NCBI GenBank assembly: GCA_036172245.1
Contig: JAYWIR010000039.1
Location: 806,001 to 870,000 of the forward strand
Reading direction: 5' to 3'
From: Raillietiella orientalis
Taxonomy: Eukaryota
DNA: 64,000 bases
Below are positions 51,067 to 61,854 of this stretch, one piece after another. Each line of letters begins with the position of its first letter. The first letter of the stretch is position 1. Below the pieces are notes generated by a model that was not told the origin of the DNA, did no database searches, and saw only the letters and a program-made list of their open reading frames with translations. The translations under genes and the position numbers were made by a program.

Positions 51067-52400
51067 AGTGTCACCGCATGAGAAAAAAATAACGCGTGTT
51101 GGAAAGAACACGGCGTTCGCACAGGTTTGTCTCCAAGCAAGGAGCCCGAATGTAGGGAGCGTGTGCTGTTAGACGTGCGGGTGCAGTGTCGATGTCAACT
51201 GAAACAGAGAACCTGAGGAAAAGGTACAGAGCGCGCACTCCCTTAAAAGATCATCGGCAGACGGCAGCAACGCAAACTCGAGAAAGCCCCAACTTGGCCT
51301 ATCAAGAGTGATGTCATCGCAGCGTCTGTACAATCGCAAGAGCAGTTTCCTGTGGTGCTCGGATCCGAAGGCTTGGAATGAGCGTAAAGCACAGAGGAGA
51401 GTCAGCCGGTCCTCGTCCCGAGAGGGATAGCAGATGTTTCCCTTTTTAAGTGCACTGAATTTCGCACGCAACGTGGTCCGCGTGATCTTTCCACGCGTGG
51501 ATCCTGCGTTATCAAAGGATCGCAGCTCAACAGCAGCTGATGCCGACTTACTGACGCCGTCAGTCATTCGTTTCTCGTCATAGCAGAGCAACATTCTTGC
51601 AGCATTCCAGCTGCGTTCGCTCCGCGGAAAAGTCGCCACGTTAACCTCTTCCAGGCCATGTTTCTAAAAGCTACGTGGGGCAAAAAGAGGGCGCTGGGCT
51701 GCTGCTGCTGTGAGCTGGAAGAATTCCATCCACCTTTCCGACAAAGATGACATGACTCTAGGTGGTGCATCGATTCTCTCGACTTTCTTGCCCCGGAAAA
51801 GGCGACAAGTCTGCTTCTCATCGATTCATGTAAATACAAATATTTGTGTGTGTGTGTGTGGTGGTTTTTTAGAGTCTCGAGGGATGGAGAGGATATGAAG
51901 GCCCACCCAAACAGTGCACATCAAGGATGATGGTTGCAACAACTAGCATTCAGATTTCAAACCTAACCAGATACTTCTGGTTTTCAAATACGTCGCCTTG
52001 CTAGCATGGCGGAGGTCGAGAATGCAGCTGCTGAATAAGCAGCCAACCGTTCCTTCTTAAGAAGGTTGGTCCCAAGGTCCTGAGCAAGGGGAAAGTTAAG
52101 GCTCTCTAGATAGTAACCAGGGACAGCACGACAAGCCCGATGGATCAACAGAATTAGGGGGAAATAATGACTGAACGGAAGTTAGAAGGCAGTTCAGTTA
52201 AGAGCGCGAGGATAATCAAGATTTTTAGATTTGTGCAACCGACATTTGAAAAACAAAAACAGCGGATACTCTGCATGGAAAATCTCGAACCAACTTTTCG
52301 TGAATCAGGTCGCGAGAACAAGTCGTCTCCTTGAACTCCTTTATTGCATTCTAAAGCTAAAGTCTACATGCGGTTCTTCCTCGAGGTCGAGCTCGCAGGA

Positions 52401-52576
52401 TTAAATGATGCGATGTTTGAAAGGTAAGTCAGAGTGCTGTGACTGTAAGGCACTCATAACATCTGCGAAGGTGATGACTGGAACCTGAGAGAGAAGATAA
52501 ATCCTTGCTTTAGGCGAGGACACCTCTTCTTTTGGAACGGAAGTGATCTGGTTCCCGTTGTTGAAGGAGTACTTCC
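52401..52576 (-). CDS. Terminal exon 3 of the FAS1 domain protein (total CDS 597 nt, 198 aa)
   Basis: Acceptor TTTTTTTCGTTTCAG|, phase 1. GKYSFNNG...ARIYLLSQV sits at the H2 position. TAA stop at 52401-52403 and minus-strand AATAAA at 52340-52345. Confidence 0.8.
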
Positions 52577-53476
52577 CTGAAACGAAAAAAAACCAGTTCC
52601 ACGGGAGGATTTCGCGGGAGGAATGGGTGCATCTGCTTCGGTGGGGAAGGAGGGAGAGGCAAAAAGGGAACAGATCCGAAGCCAAGAAAGCGTCTCCTCC
52701 GCGGGACAATCATGCCGAATTCCCCGGGTATTCTTGGAGAACGCAGTCTGCCCTCGGCGTGCCGTCTCGCGAGACGGCACGCCCAAGGGGCGAAGTGGGT
52801 GGGTCGGCCGGGGCAGCAAGACTTTGGAGAACTCTCGCCGCTTCTTCTTCTTCTGCTGCTGCTGCTAGGCGGGGCTGCAGCAAGTCCGCAGAGCGCACGT
52901 CTCCCATCTGCAGCCGTCTCAGCGGCCGACGCAGCTTCCGCGTTCGCAAAACTCCCCGCGGAGAGGCAGCTGTGCGCATGGGCTCCGGATGCCACGCGCT
53001 CCTTTCCCCCCGGCAGCATCCGCGGAAAAGGACCGGAGCTGAGAGACCCCCGCGAGTAGTCGCGGGCGAGCCGACGGCGCGAGGCGGTTCTAGCATCCAC
53101 GTGTGCCCGAAGGAAGGAGGAGTGAGGCTGCACGCCTCCGCAAATGCCGGCCATTCCGTGGAGCCCAGGGTCGACGGAGTGCTGCATGACCTTCGGGCTG
53201 CCTGATGGTCACGTTGCCGCGATCTTCGACCATGGAGACACGGGTTATGCCCGTCCCTTTCATACTCTACGCTCATCTATGCGCACGCAGATGGCATAAC
53301 GGCTTTCTATTTACTTCTGGTGACCACCGTTCTCCTCGTTCGGTGATGGTCAGAAAGCCCGCGTCTCGCAGGAACCCGTGGAAAATCGCCAAGAGTCAAT
53401 TTCGCGTATTTGGAGACTCGGCCTGCCTTTCGAAAAAAGGGTCCAAGACAGAGGGGGGAAGACCGAAGTTGCTCAC

Positions 53477-53695
53477 CATCGTTCAAATGAACGATCAAAT
53501 GGCTGTTCCCCAGGGTTGTGACGGTATCTCCGTCCTTTAGCTGTGAGATCTCCACAATTCCTTGCACGATGAGATTTGACAGCAACTTGTATCTTAGAGC
53601 CTCATCTGTGATGAACACATCTCCAGCGTCCGCAGGTAGAAGAAACACGAATGCACTCGCGACCGGTAGAAAGAAGGTGTATTCTTCTTCTGGAT
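53477..53695 (-). CDS. Exon 2 of the FAS1 domain protein
   Basis: Acceptor TATTTATTTATCAG|, donor GATG|GTGAGC. YTFFLPVASAF resembles the FAS1 H1 motif (YTVFAPTxxAF), and KLLSNLIVQG...LKDGDTVTTLGNSHLIV resembles the FAS1 core. Confidence 0.85.
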
Positions 53696-54392
53696 CTGAT
53701 AAATAAATACAAAGGTATGTAGCTTGCAAATGACAGAGCCGTTCGCACATGCTTTCTTCAGAGAGCTTCTCGCTTCATCAATTCGTCTACGTACGCAAAG
53801 GGAAGACAAGAACGTGTCCGTTGACTGAAGTGATGTCTGTCTGATGGAGAAAAGCGTAAAGTGGTTTGAAGAGATGAGGGAGGATTTCTCCAAATTGTAT
53901 GCAGTGGAGTGCGTGGATGCTGATTTCGATACTCATGTTAGCCTCCATTTTGTTCGTTTGTTTGTTTTTCGGTTTGGCAGTGTTATGGTATGCAACGTCG
54001 AAACAACCGCGTACCAGACACACACCCAGAAGGTGCTGCTGTGCAAGAATACTGAGTACAGCCGAGAGTCATGAGACCACTTCTGCTCCTGCCAAGCCGC
54101 GACTTTCTCGAAGAGAAAAACCCCCCGAGCCTAGCAACCTTGCGGTGTCTCACGGAAGGCAACTCTGTCCCTGCGACAGAGCTGCGTCCAAAGCTTCTCA
54201 TCCCACCAACACGAAGTCCCTGTGCGGAATGGGCGCACAGGAAACGATCGTGTCGTGTGCACCCATGCCTGTTGGCTGCTGGACCTTACACAACTGGGAA
54301 GTTCCTTGAATTGAATATCTGTGGTACTGTTTTTTCGGGGGACATGTCGACTTTTGAAAAACAGAAGCAACATCTTAGCGTAAGAGAACTAC

Positions 54393-54594
54393 CCAGGACT
54401 TCCGTTAGGTTTCCATGGTCGAAATAATACTGTAGGCCGTATTGACGAAAATCTGATTCCCTTGTTTTCATGTAATCTTTTACGGCCTGTAATGCTGTAG
54501 TAGACACTGAAGGAGACTGCTCAGCCAGTGACATCAGCATCGGTAGACAGAGAAACACAGCGATGCTGGTGGTAATCCCTTTGTCCGGCTTCAT
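54393..54594 (-). CDS. Exon 1 of a secreted fasciclin (FAS1) domain protein, with a signal-peptide-like N-terminus
   Basis: MKPDKGITTSIAVFLCLPMLMSLA has a hydrophobic leader. The donor CTGG|GTAGTT (phase 1) joins in frame to exon 2 (LTEVL-D-PEEEY). Confidence 0.75.
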
Positions 54595-57500
54595 TTCTTC
54601 AATTGATTACTGAAAGACAAGACATTGTAGAAAGTGTGAGTGTTGCATCATTAGATATCGGCATTGCATGCGCGAATTCGCTGGCATTTTCGAGAACTTT
54701 TTGGAAGTTTGCGAATGCTACTGCTCTGGATATCGCACGCGCAGGAAGGTAAATCTTCGTCATAATAGTCGCGTGAAGCATCTTTGTGAAAATTCATCCG
54801 CACGACGCCTGTGGATCGTCTCATCAGAGGGCTTCCTACTGACCGCTGCGCGTTTCGACGCAACGAAGGGATTTCCGCCCTCTCCTACTAAAAGAGCGAG
54901 AAAGGCAACAAGCAGTTCAGTAGGACTGCTTGTTGGGAATGAGGGAAACGGATGCGCATCTCAGGTTGGCATCTCGCTCCTCTCTGTCAGCACCCCACGG
55001 AAGGAGTTGGCCAAAGACGGAAAGAGGGACGCAGAGGTCCATTCCACAAAAAAACGCATGAGTTTCTTTCCCTGTACGCGGTGCCGCTCCCAGAAACATC
55101 CCGCTCAGCCTGCGGCAGCGCTCGTGAACCAAAAACGGGCATTTTGCTGATCCTCAAGCGGCGCCACTCGGACTCTTTCGCTACGCTCACCACGGACACC
55201 CACCGCGACAAAGGGGAGGTCCGCGTCGTTTCCCGGGAGTGGAGCAGGCACAAAGCGAGCAACGAGCGCATTTTTCTGGAAGACTCCACCCAATCGCTGA
55301 TTGAGGGTTTCGTCAACACGTGCTGCTTCTCCATGTGGCTGACACTGCTTGCAGGATAAGCAAGAGCTCAATATTGCAATGGGGAAACTTTATTAAAAAA
55401 ACAAACAAACAAACGGGCAAGAGGTAAACACCGGAGGAAGCAGACTGAATGTGAAGGTCGGAGAGACGAGCGGCAGAGTCCTCGGTGGTCGAGACGGTTA
55501 GCTTTCGGGTGCCAAGGCCGGCCGCAAAGATGCGAGGCGCGCGCTGCCACAGCTGGACCGCACGCCTAAGGGAAGCAGGATTCCCGTTTTCAAAAACTCT
55601 TCCCCGGAACGGGACGAATGGATCTCGTCCGCCAGCACCGCGATGCGGAGTGGCACCGCTGGTTGCAGGAGGCAGGAAAGAAACGCGCGAGCCTGGGAGC
55701 GAAAATGGGATCGGCGTACTGGCGCCACTCTGTTCACCACTGCTTCCACTTCATGAGTCACCGGCATTGCTGCTCCGTCGCGACCCCCTTCGGGTTGAGT
55801 CTGCGCAGCGAAAACGTGCTCCCTGCGGGAGCTCTCGACAGACGGAAGCTGCGTTCCTTGGAGCCCTGCAGGGTTTCGCTTCTGATCAGACTGAGTGAGC
55901 TCTCCCGAAGCGCCCGTGTTTTTCGTTGCTGGTTCGGGAAGCAAAGCCTTCCGGAGGACCTGCCGGTTACCAGCAATCCCACTCCCGATCCCCTGAAAGT
56001 CCAAGCAGAGTGCTCCCTATTGCCGATGACTCCTGATGGGCGAGGAATGCCTTGCATCTCCCTAATTCGCTTGCACGGTTATTTATGGGTCCGCGGCTCG
56101 GAGCGGATGGTCGGATGCCTTCTCCACCCCCAATTTCTGGCCTCTTCTGGCCTCGCTAATTTCCAAGACGTGCGCCCACTCCCTTTTCTCATTCGCGAAA
56201 GTTCCTGCTCCTGTAAAGCCGCACATCCCGTGGTGTTCTACGCATCAGAGAATGGGAAATTCACCATGGGGGACTGACTCTCTTTGTTCGCCGTTCTTGT
56301 GGTCCCCGGTAGGAGGAGCTGCTGAGACCCTGGGACTATCTTTGAACCTCTACACTTGCAGCCTCGCATCAAGTGCTAGAGCGTTCGGGACGCGCTTCCC
56401 CTCGAGTGAGGAGGAGTCCTCGGAAAAAACATCCTGCGTCAACGAATCTCCCCGAAACAACGTACGGCGAACCGCCACGGAAGGTGCTCTCAAAAGCGGG
56501 AGTCGCAACACCGCAGCAAAGAGGCGGCTGGATCACGGAGATCCGATCCGCAAGCGTTAGGCGACGTATTGCATGGTTACCAGTCATCACGAAAACCCCG
56601 TGCGCGAGCGCAGGCATGGAACTTGGAGAAACGCTTCGCGCGCCGTTGTCCCCAAACGGCGTCCGCTTCTGCTAAGCCCCCTGCTTCCCCGTCCGCCTTT
56701 TTGGGGACTGCCTCGAAGGCTACAAAAGCGAGAGCTGGCGCGCGCCAGGAATACCATCTAGGAACCCCCTCTCCTCTTTCTCCAAAACCCTGCTTTTTCC
56801 ATCAAGGGTTTCCGAAGCATTGCTCTGCTTTTGAAGTTCTTAGCGAAAGGAAGTCGCAAAAAAATCTCTCGAGAGGGCCCATTGGTCTTAGCTCTTTCCA
56901 GCTGCTCCTCTTGCATCCGCCTCTCGTGAGAGCGAAGGATGTGCTAAATATAGAGGAACAGCTTCCTTGTTTCGAAACAAAGGCCACTTGCAAATGGAAC
57001 CGGAAGTGTGAGATTTCTAGGTGGACCGCGCTGCCGCAGATCAATGATGGAAGCGCGATTCGCGGAGGAGGTTCGTCCGCTGCAGTCCATTTCAGGCCTC
57101 AGGTCAGATCGCCTGCAGCCCAGCAGATGATTCGAACTCCATAGGCATGAGAATGAGTCACACAGTGTTTGGTGATAGCGCACCCCTGACGCCGAACAGT
57201 ACTGCGCGGGAAACACCCTTCAGCGTGAATCATGCGTCATCGAGAAAGGGTAGATGGGGAGAGGGATCCGTGCAGGCGAAACGGATGGATGAGATGGAGA
57301 TGACGACGAAAGTCTCTCTGCGTATTAGCAGCAGCCTTGAGAGCGAAAGATCGAAAGCATTCCGTCAGGTAGGGCGGCGTTGCTCCGAGACCATGCCGAG
57401 GCAAGCAAGGCAAAAGCAGGGGAGGGAGGGAGGGAGGCCACGCCGCGGGAATCTCCGACGGAAAGGGCGAGCTGTAGTCGAAGACGAAAAGCCACCTAAA

Positions 57501-60310
57501 ACCGGACATCGGGGGGAGGATGGCATGTATGCGCCCCGAAAGCGCCTTTCCATCGTTTCGCTAACAGCAGAGGGATCGGAAGCGCGTCGCCCACGAGATG
57601 GTTGTCAGGCCTGCCCGGGCAGCGTTGTCGGCGTGTAAGAAACGGAGGAGCCATGTCTGGGGGGAATACCGGGAGTCCTTAGAAGGAATCGAAGTCTGTA
57701 ATGCATCGGGGCTGGCGCAATGGGAAGGGATGCGTGTAATTGGCGCGATTGCGTGCATTTCTCCACACCCCTAATGCGCCGCTAGTCGAAACTTTCGTTT
57801 CCGGCTGCGGCACAGAGGATTTCCTCTGTTTCCTTCCCTTTTCGCGCCATCTCCCGGCTGGCAACAAAGAAGGGAAGGGCGCACTACCCTTGCGGGAAGC
57901 CTTCGGAACTGCGTCATCGACGATAATGGTCACTGGCCGCAACGTCAAAGCTTCGGAAACTTGAGGGTGAAATGCAAAAGTTGCTGCCGACAGAACACAG
58001 GGTGAAACTTCGGCAAAGATCGGAATGGCCGCCGGTGTTTCGAGGAAGCGATCCTACCACGCGGGGGAGGGAGGGCGACAGTGCGAACAGGAAGCGAGGG
58101 AAGGCAGCAGAGTGCATCCTTGGAGTGCTCGAGGGATCGGATGAGAATTGGGATCCACGGCTTCCCACGGCCGCGATCTCAGCGTTCGGCAGACCACCAC
58201 CGACTCGCGCCCGCCTTGCTCCTGGGAAAGAGCGGAAGGTTCCCTGCATGAGCCCCTGGAGGGACGGGGAACGATGGCGCGTTCTCAAGTCACGACGGCA
58301 CGGAAGTGCATGCCTCCGTCAGTCTCCGATCGCTGGCTATTCCTTCCGGTAGGGAGCCAGCCTCGGTTACAGTACAGCAAGAGTTGGAGGCCCTCCGTTT
58401 TGCCCGCCCCGTCCGTCATCCGAGAGCCTCCTTAAAGCAAACGAAACGATGAAACTTTCCGGGTTTGGTGTGGCTGGCTGTTCTCCCCGAAGAAGGGAGG
58501 CATCCGATATGCTTATCGTGGATGCACAGTTTCTCAGAGCGCAGAAGGAATAGGTCGCCTGCAATGAAAAGGAAAGGTCCTTTGGAAGAAGTGGAAAAAA
58601 AACGGAAACGCTTGATGCATCCACATCGATCAAAAGTGAAAGTTTCGTATCCATTAGTTCAGAAGTCCCAACCGCTTGAGTGAAGAACGATGTGCAGACA
58701 ATCAGGAAGATGACTGCTCGAGATTAAATTAATAACCGAGTCCATCTAGCATCTCTTTGGGAATTCCTGACGAGCAGCCTCGAAGCAAGCCGTGTGTTCA
58801 CTGTTGATGACGTGTGTTCGGTGCTGTGTTGCGGGGACTACGATCTAATCAAGATTTTCAACTTTAAACCGAACATACACTCCCTACATATGGCCTGCCC
58901 CATCGCTTCGCATGAGCAAGAGGGGCACGACCATTCAGTCAACCTTGTGAAGGAGAGAATGCGAAGGAAAAGAATGGTGGCTGCTGACCCCCAGCCAGAG
59001 AATCCCGGGAGACAATCCTAAACGCTGCTCCTGGATCTGGCAATCCAGAACGCGGGTGCAGAGTTCACCACACCCAACGCTCCTCCTTTGCCTGCCCATC
59101 ACGAGGACTCAGCGTGACCATTGCACCGAGCAGGAGCAGTTCCTTCTCTTCGCCGACGGTGGAGCGCCGACTTCAGCGAGGGCGGTTAGCGGTGGGATCA
59201 CTGTGACCCGAAGAAGGCCGGGATCTCCAGATTCTCGGGCAAAGACAGAAAGAATTTTCTTCTCCACCGTGCTGCTCTTCAAGCAGGGATGGTGGGACGG
59301 TGAGAGGAAGTGGGTGCGTTCCAGCGACGCATCCTCGGTTGCGGACAACTAGGACGAGCGCTACTTCCAGAGAGCTTCCCATTGGATGACAGGATGGCGG
59401 AAATGGTGGACAGTTCCTCCCCCAAACATGAATTGCAGCGTAACGAATTCGAATACCAATCTCCACGAGCTAAGAAAAAGCTTCTACGAGGGAGGGTGGT
59501 TGCTGCCCGTTCAGACCACGCGAGCAGCCACCGATGACTTCCGCGATTCAGTTCCGCGATTATTTCAGTTTTTTTCCGGGAAGCCACAGCGTGTTTTTGA
59601 CGGCAGTTTCAGCGTGACCGCCTGATGTCATTGCTTTATCTGGGGAGGAGCATCTCTGAGATCTCGCACTCGCGTGATTCGATCGCACTTGCGTTCCACG
59701 ATGAAGAGATGACGCCGCTAGCGGGCTGCAACCGGCGAATTTTCTTTGGGAGTTGAAGGGGGTTCGAAGAAGCCCGTCGGCATATCGCTCGAGCACCTCT
59801 CTGCCTCGTAATGAGCTCAGGCGGCGATCCGCTCTGCAAGCGACAAGAAGCCAGCGCTCAGGTCAGTCCAGGGCAACTGTAAAAGAGTCACTCCACGTGC
59901 CCCTTCTTCCGCCAATCAATTCATCGTGCACGCTCGATTTCAAGACGATCGAATCACACGCTGCGTCCCTCTTCGTGCGGGGATGGCCAGCAGCCCAACT
60001 GAGCCATTCCCGGTAGGATCCTCCCGAAGCGCGAATAGTGCTTTTTTATCTTTCTAACTATGTCTTCTTCGATCCCGTCCTTCTGGATTCCCGATCGATC
60101 GCAAGCAGGAAGCCCTTCCTTCCGCTCCCTCCGAATTTCTGTGCGCAGCGGAAGACGCGGCTCGCGTCCGACAACGCGTAGGCGAAAGGGTGTGCCCGAA
60201 CGCGCGCGCCACGGCATGGCAACTCCTCCGTTTTCCACCGGAGGCACACACGTGACATGGGGCATCGCTTCCCTACTTCCCCGCCGTTCCTCAGCGGCTG
60301 TAGGTTCGTT

Positions 60311-60932
60311 CGGTTGGCAGCCGTGTAGCTGCGGCCTCCGCCCGCGTGGTACCAAGCGTTATGGGTTCGAATCCCCACGTGGAGGATCGGGAAATGGGTG
60401 CGTCGAGGGTTTCGAGATCCTCTATCCCGCAGGATGACGCTGGCTGGCTTGGTGGGAGCCGGATGCCCCGTTGAGTGGGCGGGATCTCCTCCGGAGTCCT
60501 TCCAGGAATCGAGGAGCGCCGGTTCTTTACGGGGTTCTCCTCTGGTTGTGCAAATGGATCCGCCCCTTTCCTGAAGGAGGGGGCGGATCCATTCAAGGAG
60601 CGGCGAGCACCATGGAGCGGGTGGATTGGAACGGCCCTTCAGGAAAAATTAGGGAGCGTCTTCGGGGTCCTTTTCAGACGAGTACCAACAAGGAGCGAAT
60701 TCTTTCCGGAGAAAATGAGGAAGAGGGTGGTTCCCTCCCTGGAGTAAGAGAGGAACGGAATCCTTCCTCCGGAGCCCTTCCCGGATTCATAGGTCGGTCC
60801 CCTCCCGTGGCACCCCCTAACTTGAAGAGTTCACACGCATCATCGGGTGGCGGGGACGGTGGCAGGGAGTTCTGCGGGTCTCCGGCCGAACGGTTCCTCG
60901 AGCGCTCAGCGAACCAGAAGGAAAAAAGAAAA
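60311..60932 (+). mobile_element. tRNA-headed SINE-like element, copy B
   Basis: Perfect Pol III B-box GGTTCGAATCC at 60364-60374. The body is colinear with the copies at 35.6-36.4 and 47.6-48.3 kb (e.g. CAGGATGACGCTGGCTGG, GAGTCCT(T/C)CCAGGAAT, GGATTCATAGG). A-rich tail. Confidence 0.85.
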
Positions 60933-60951
60933 CTGTCAGCGACGTCTGAAA

Positions 60952-61854
60952 TCTGCTGACTGCCGAGTCCTCGCTTGGGAGCCGCCGCCGCGCACATTCC
61001 TCCGTCGAGCGGATGGCGCACCAGGTTGTACACGTACTGCTGCGCTCGTGGCACACGTGTGCGCGCGTTCCGGCACGAGTGGAGGGGAGGGAGTGGGACT
61101 TTTCAGGTGGGCGGGTATCCATACGTGCTTGCGTCCACATCCTGCCCACGCGCGCGCGGGATGTGGAAGAGCCTCGAGCGAGCGTGCGTGATTCCACATC
61201 GCGCGCGCCCGGGAAACCTGCGTGCAGCACCAGAGGATCGTATGGAGCGAACGCGGGAATCCTCGCGTGGAACCATACCTCAGGAACCGGAAGCCGATCT
61301 GCTCCTTACCGCTGCTCTTCCAGAGACGTTTACTGTACCCTACAACATCCACAGAATATGCTGGGCGTTCGCAATGGTCCTGGGTCGGGCGTCCTAAGTC
61401 TGCTGACTGCCGAGTCCTCGCGTGGGAGCCGCCGCCGCGCGCATTCCTCTGTCGAGCGGATGGCGCACCAGGTTTTACACGTACTGCTGCGCTCGTGGCA
61501 CACGTGTGCGCGCGTTCCGGCACGAGTGCAAGGAGGGGGGGGGGCATTTTTCAGGTGGGCAGGTATCCATACGTGTTTGCGTCCACATCCTGAACACATG
61601 CGCGTGTCCTCTGCCCACGCGCGCACGGGACGTGGAAGAGCCTCGAGCGAGCGTGCGTGATTCCACGTCGCGCGCGCCCGGGAAACCTGCGTGCAGCACC
61701 AGAGGACCGTATGGAGCGAACGCGGGAATCCTCGAGTGGAACCCTACCTCAGGAACCGGAAGCCGATCTGTTCCTTACCGCTGCTATTCCAGCGACGTTT
61801 ACTGTACCCTACAACATCCACAGAATATGCTGGGCGTTCGCAATGGTCCTGGGT
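60952..61854. repeat. Tandem duplication of ~450 bp (60952-61385 and 61399-61854)
   Basis: Near-identical copies. Copy 2 carries a 21-nt insertion. The duplication starts just after the tail of SINE copy B. Confidence 0.95.

Noticed and set aside
58750..59021. Plus-strand exon-like frame (SLWEFLTSSLEASRVFTVDDVC...), and similar orphans at 31.9-32.2, 37.1-37.4, 40.6 and 55.6-56.3 kb
   Set aside because: They could not be linked into a gene model or recognised. They may be real exons or decayed sequence.
60311..60380. tRNA gene (also the B-box hits at 2.5, 23.1, 36.4 and 47.6 kb)
   Set aside because: No clean cloverleaf or acceptor stem, and each continues into a shared long body, so they are SINE heads.
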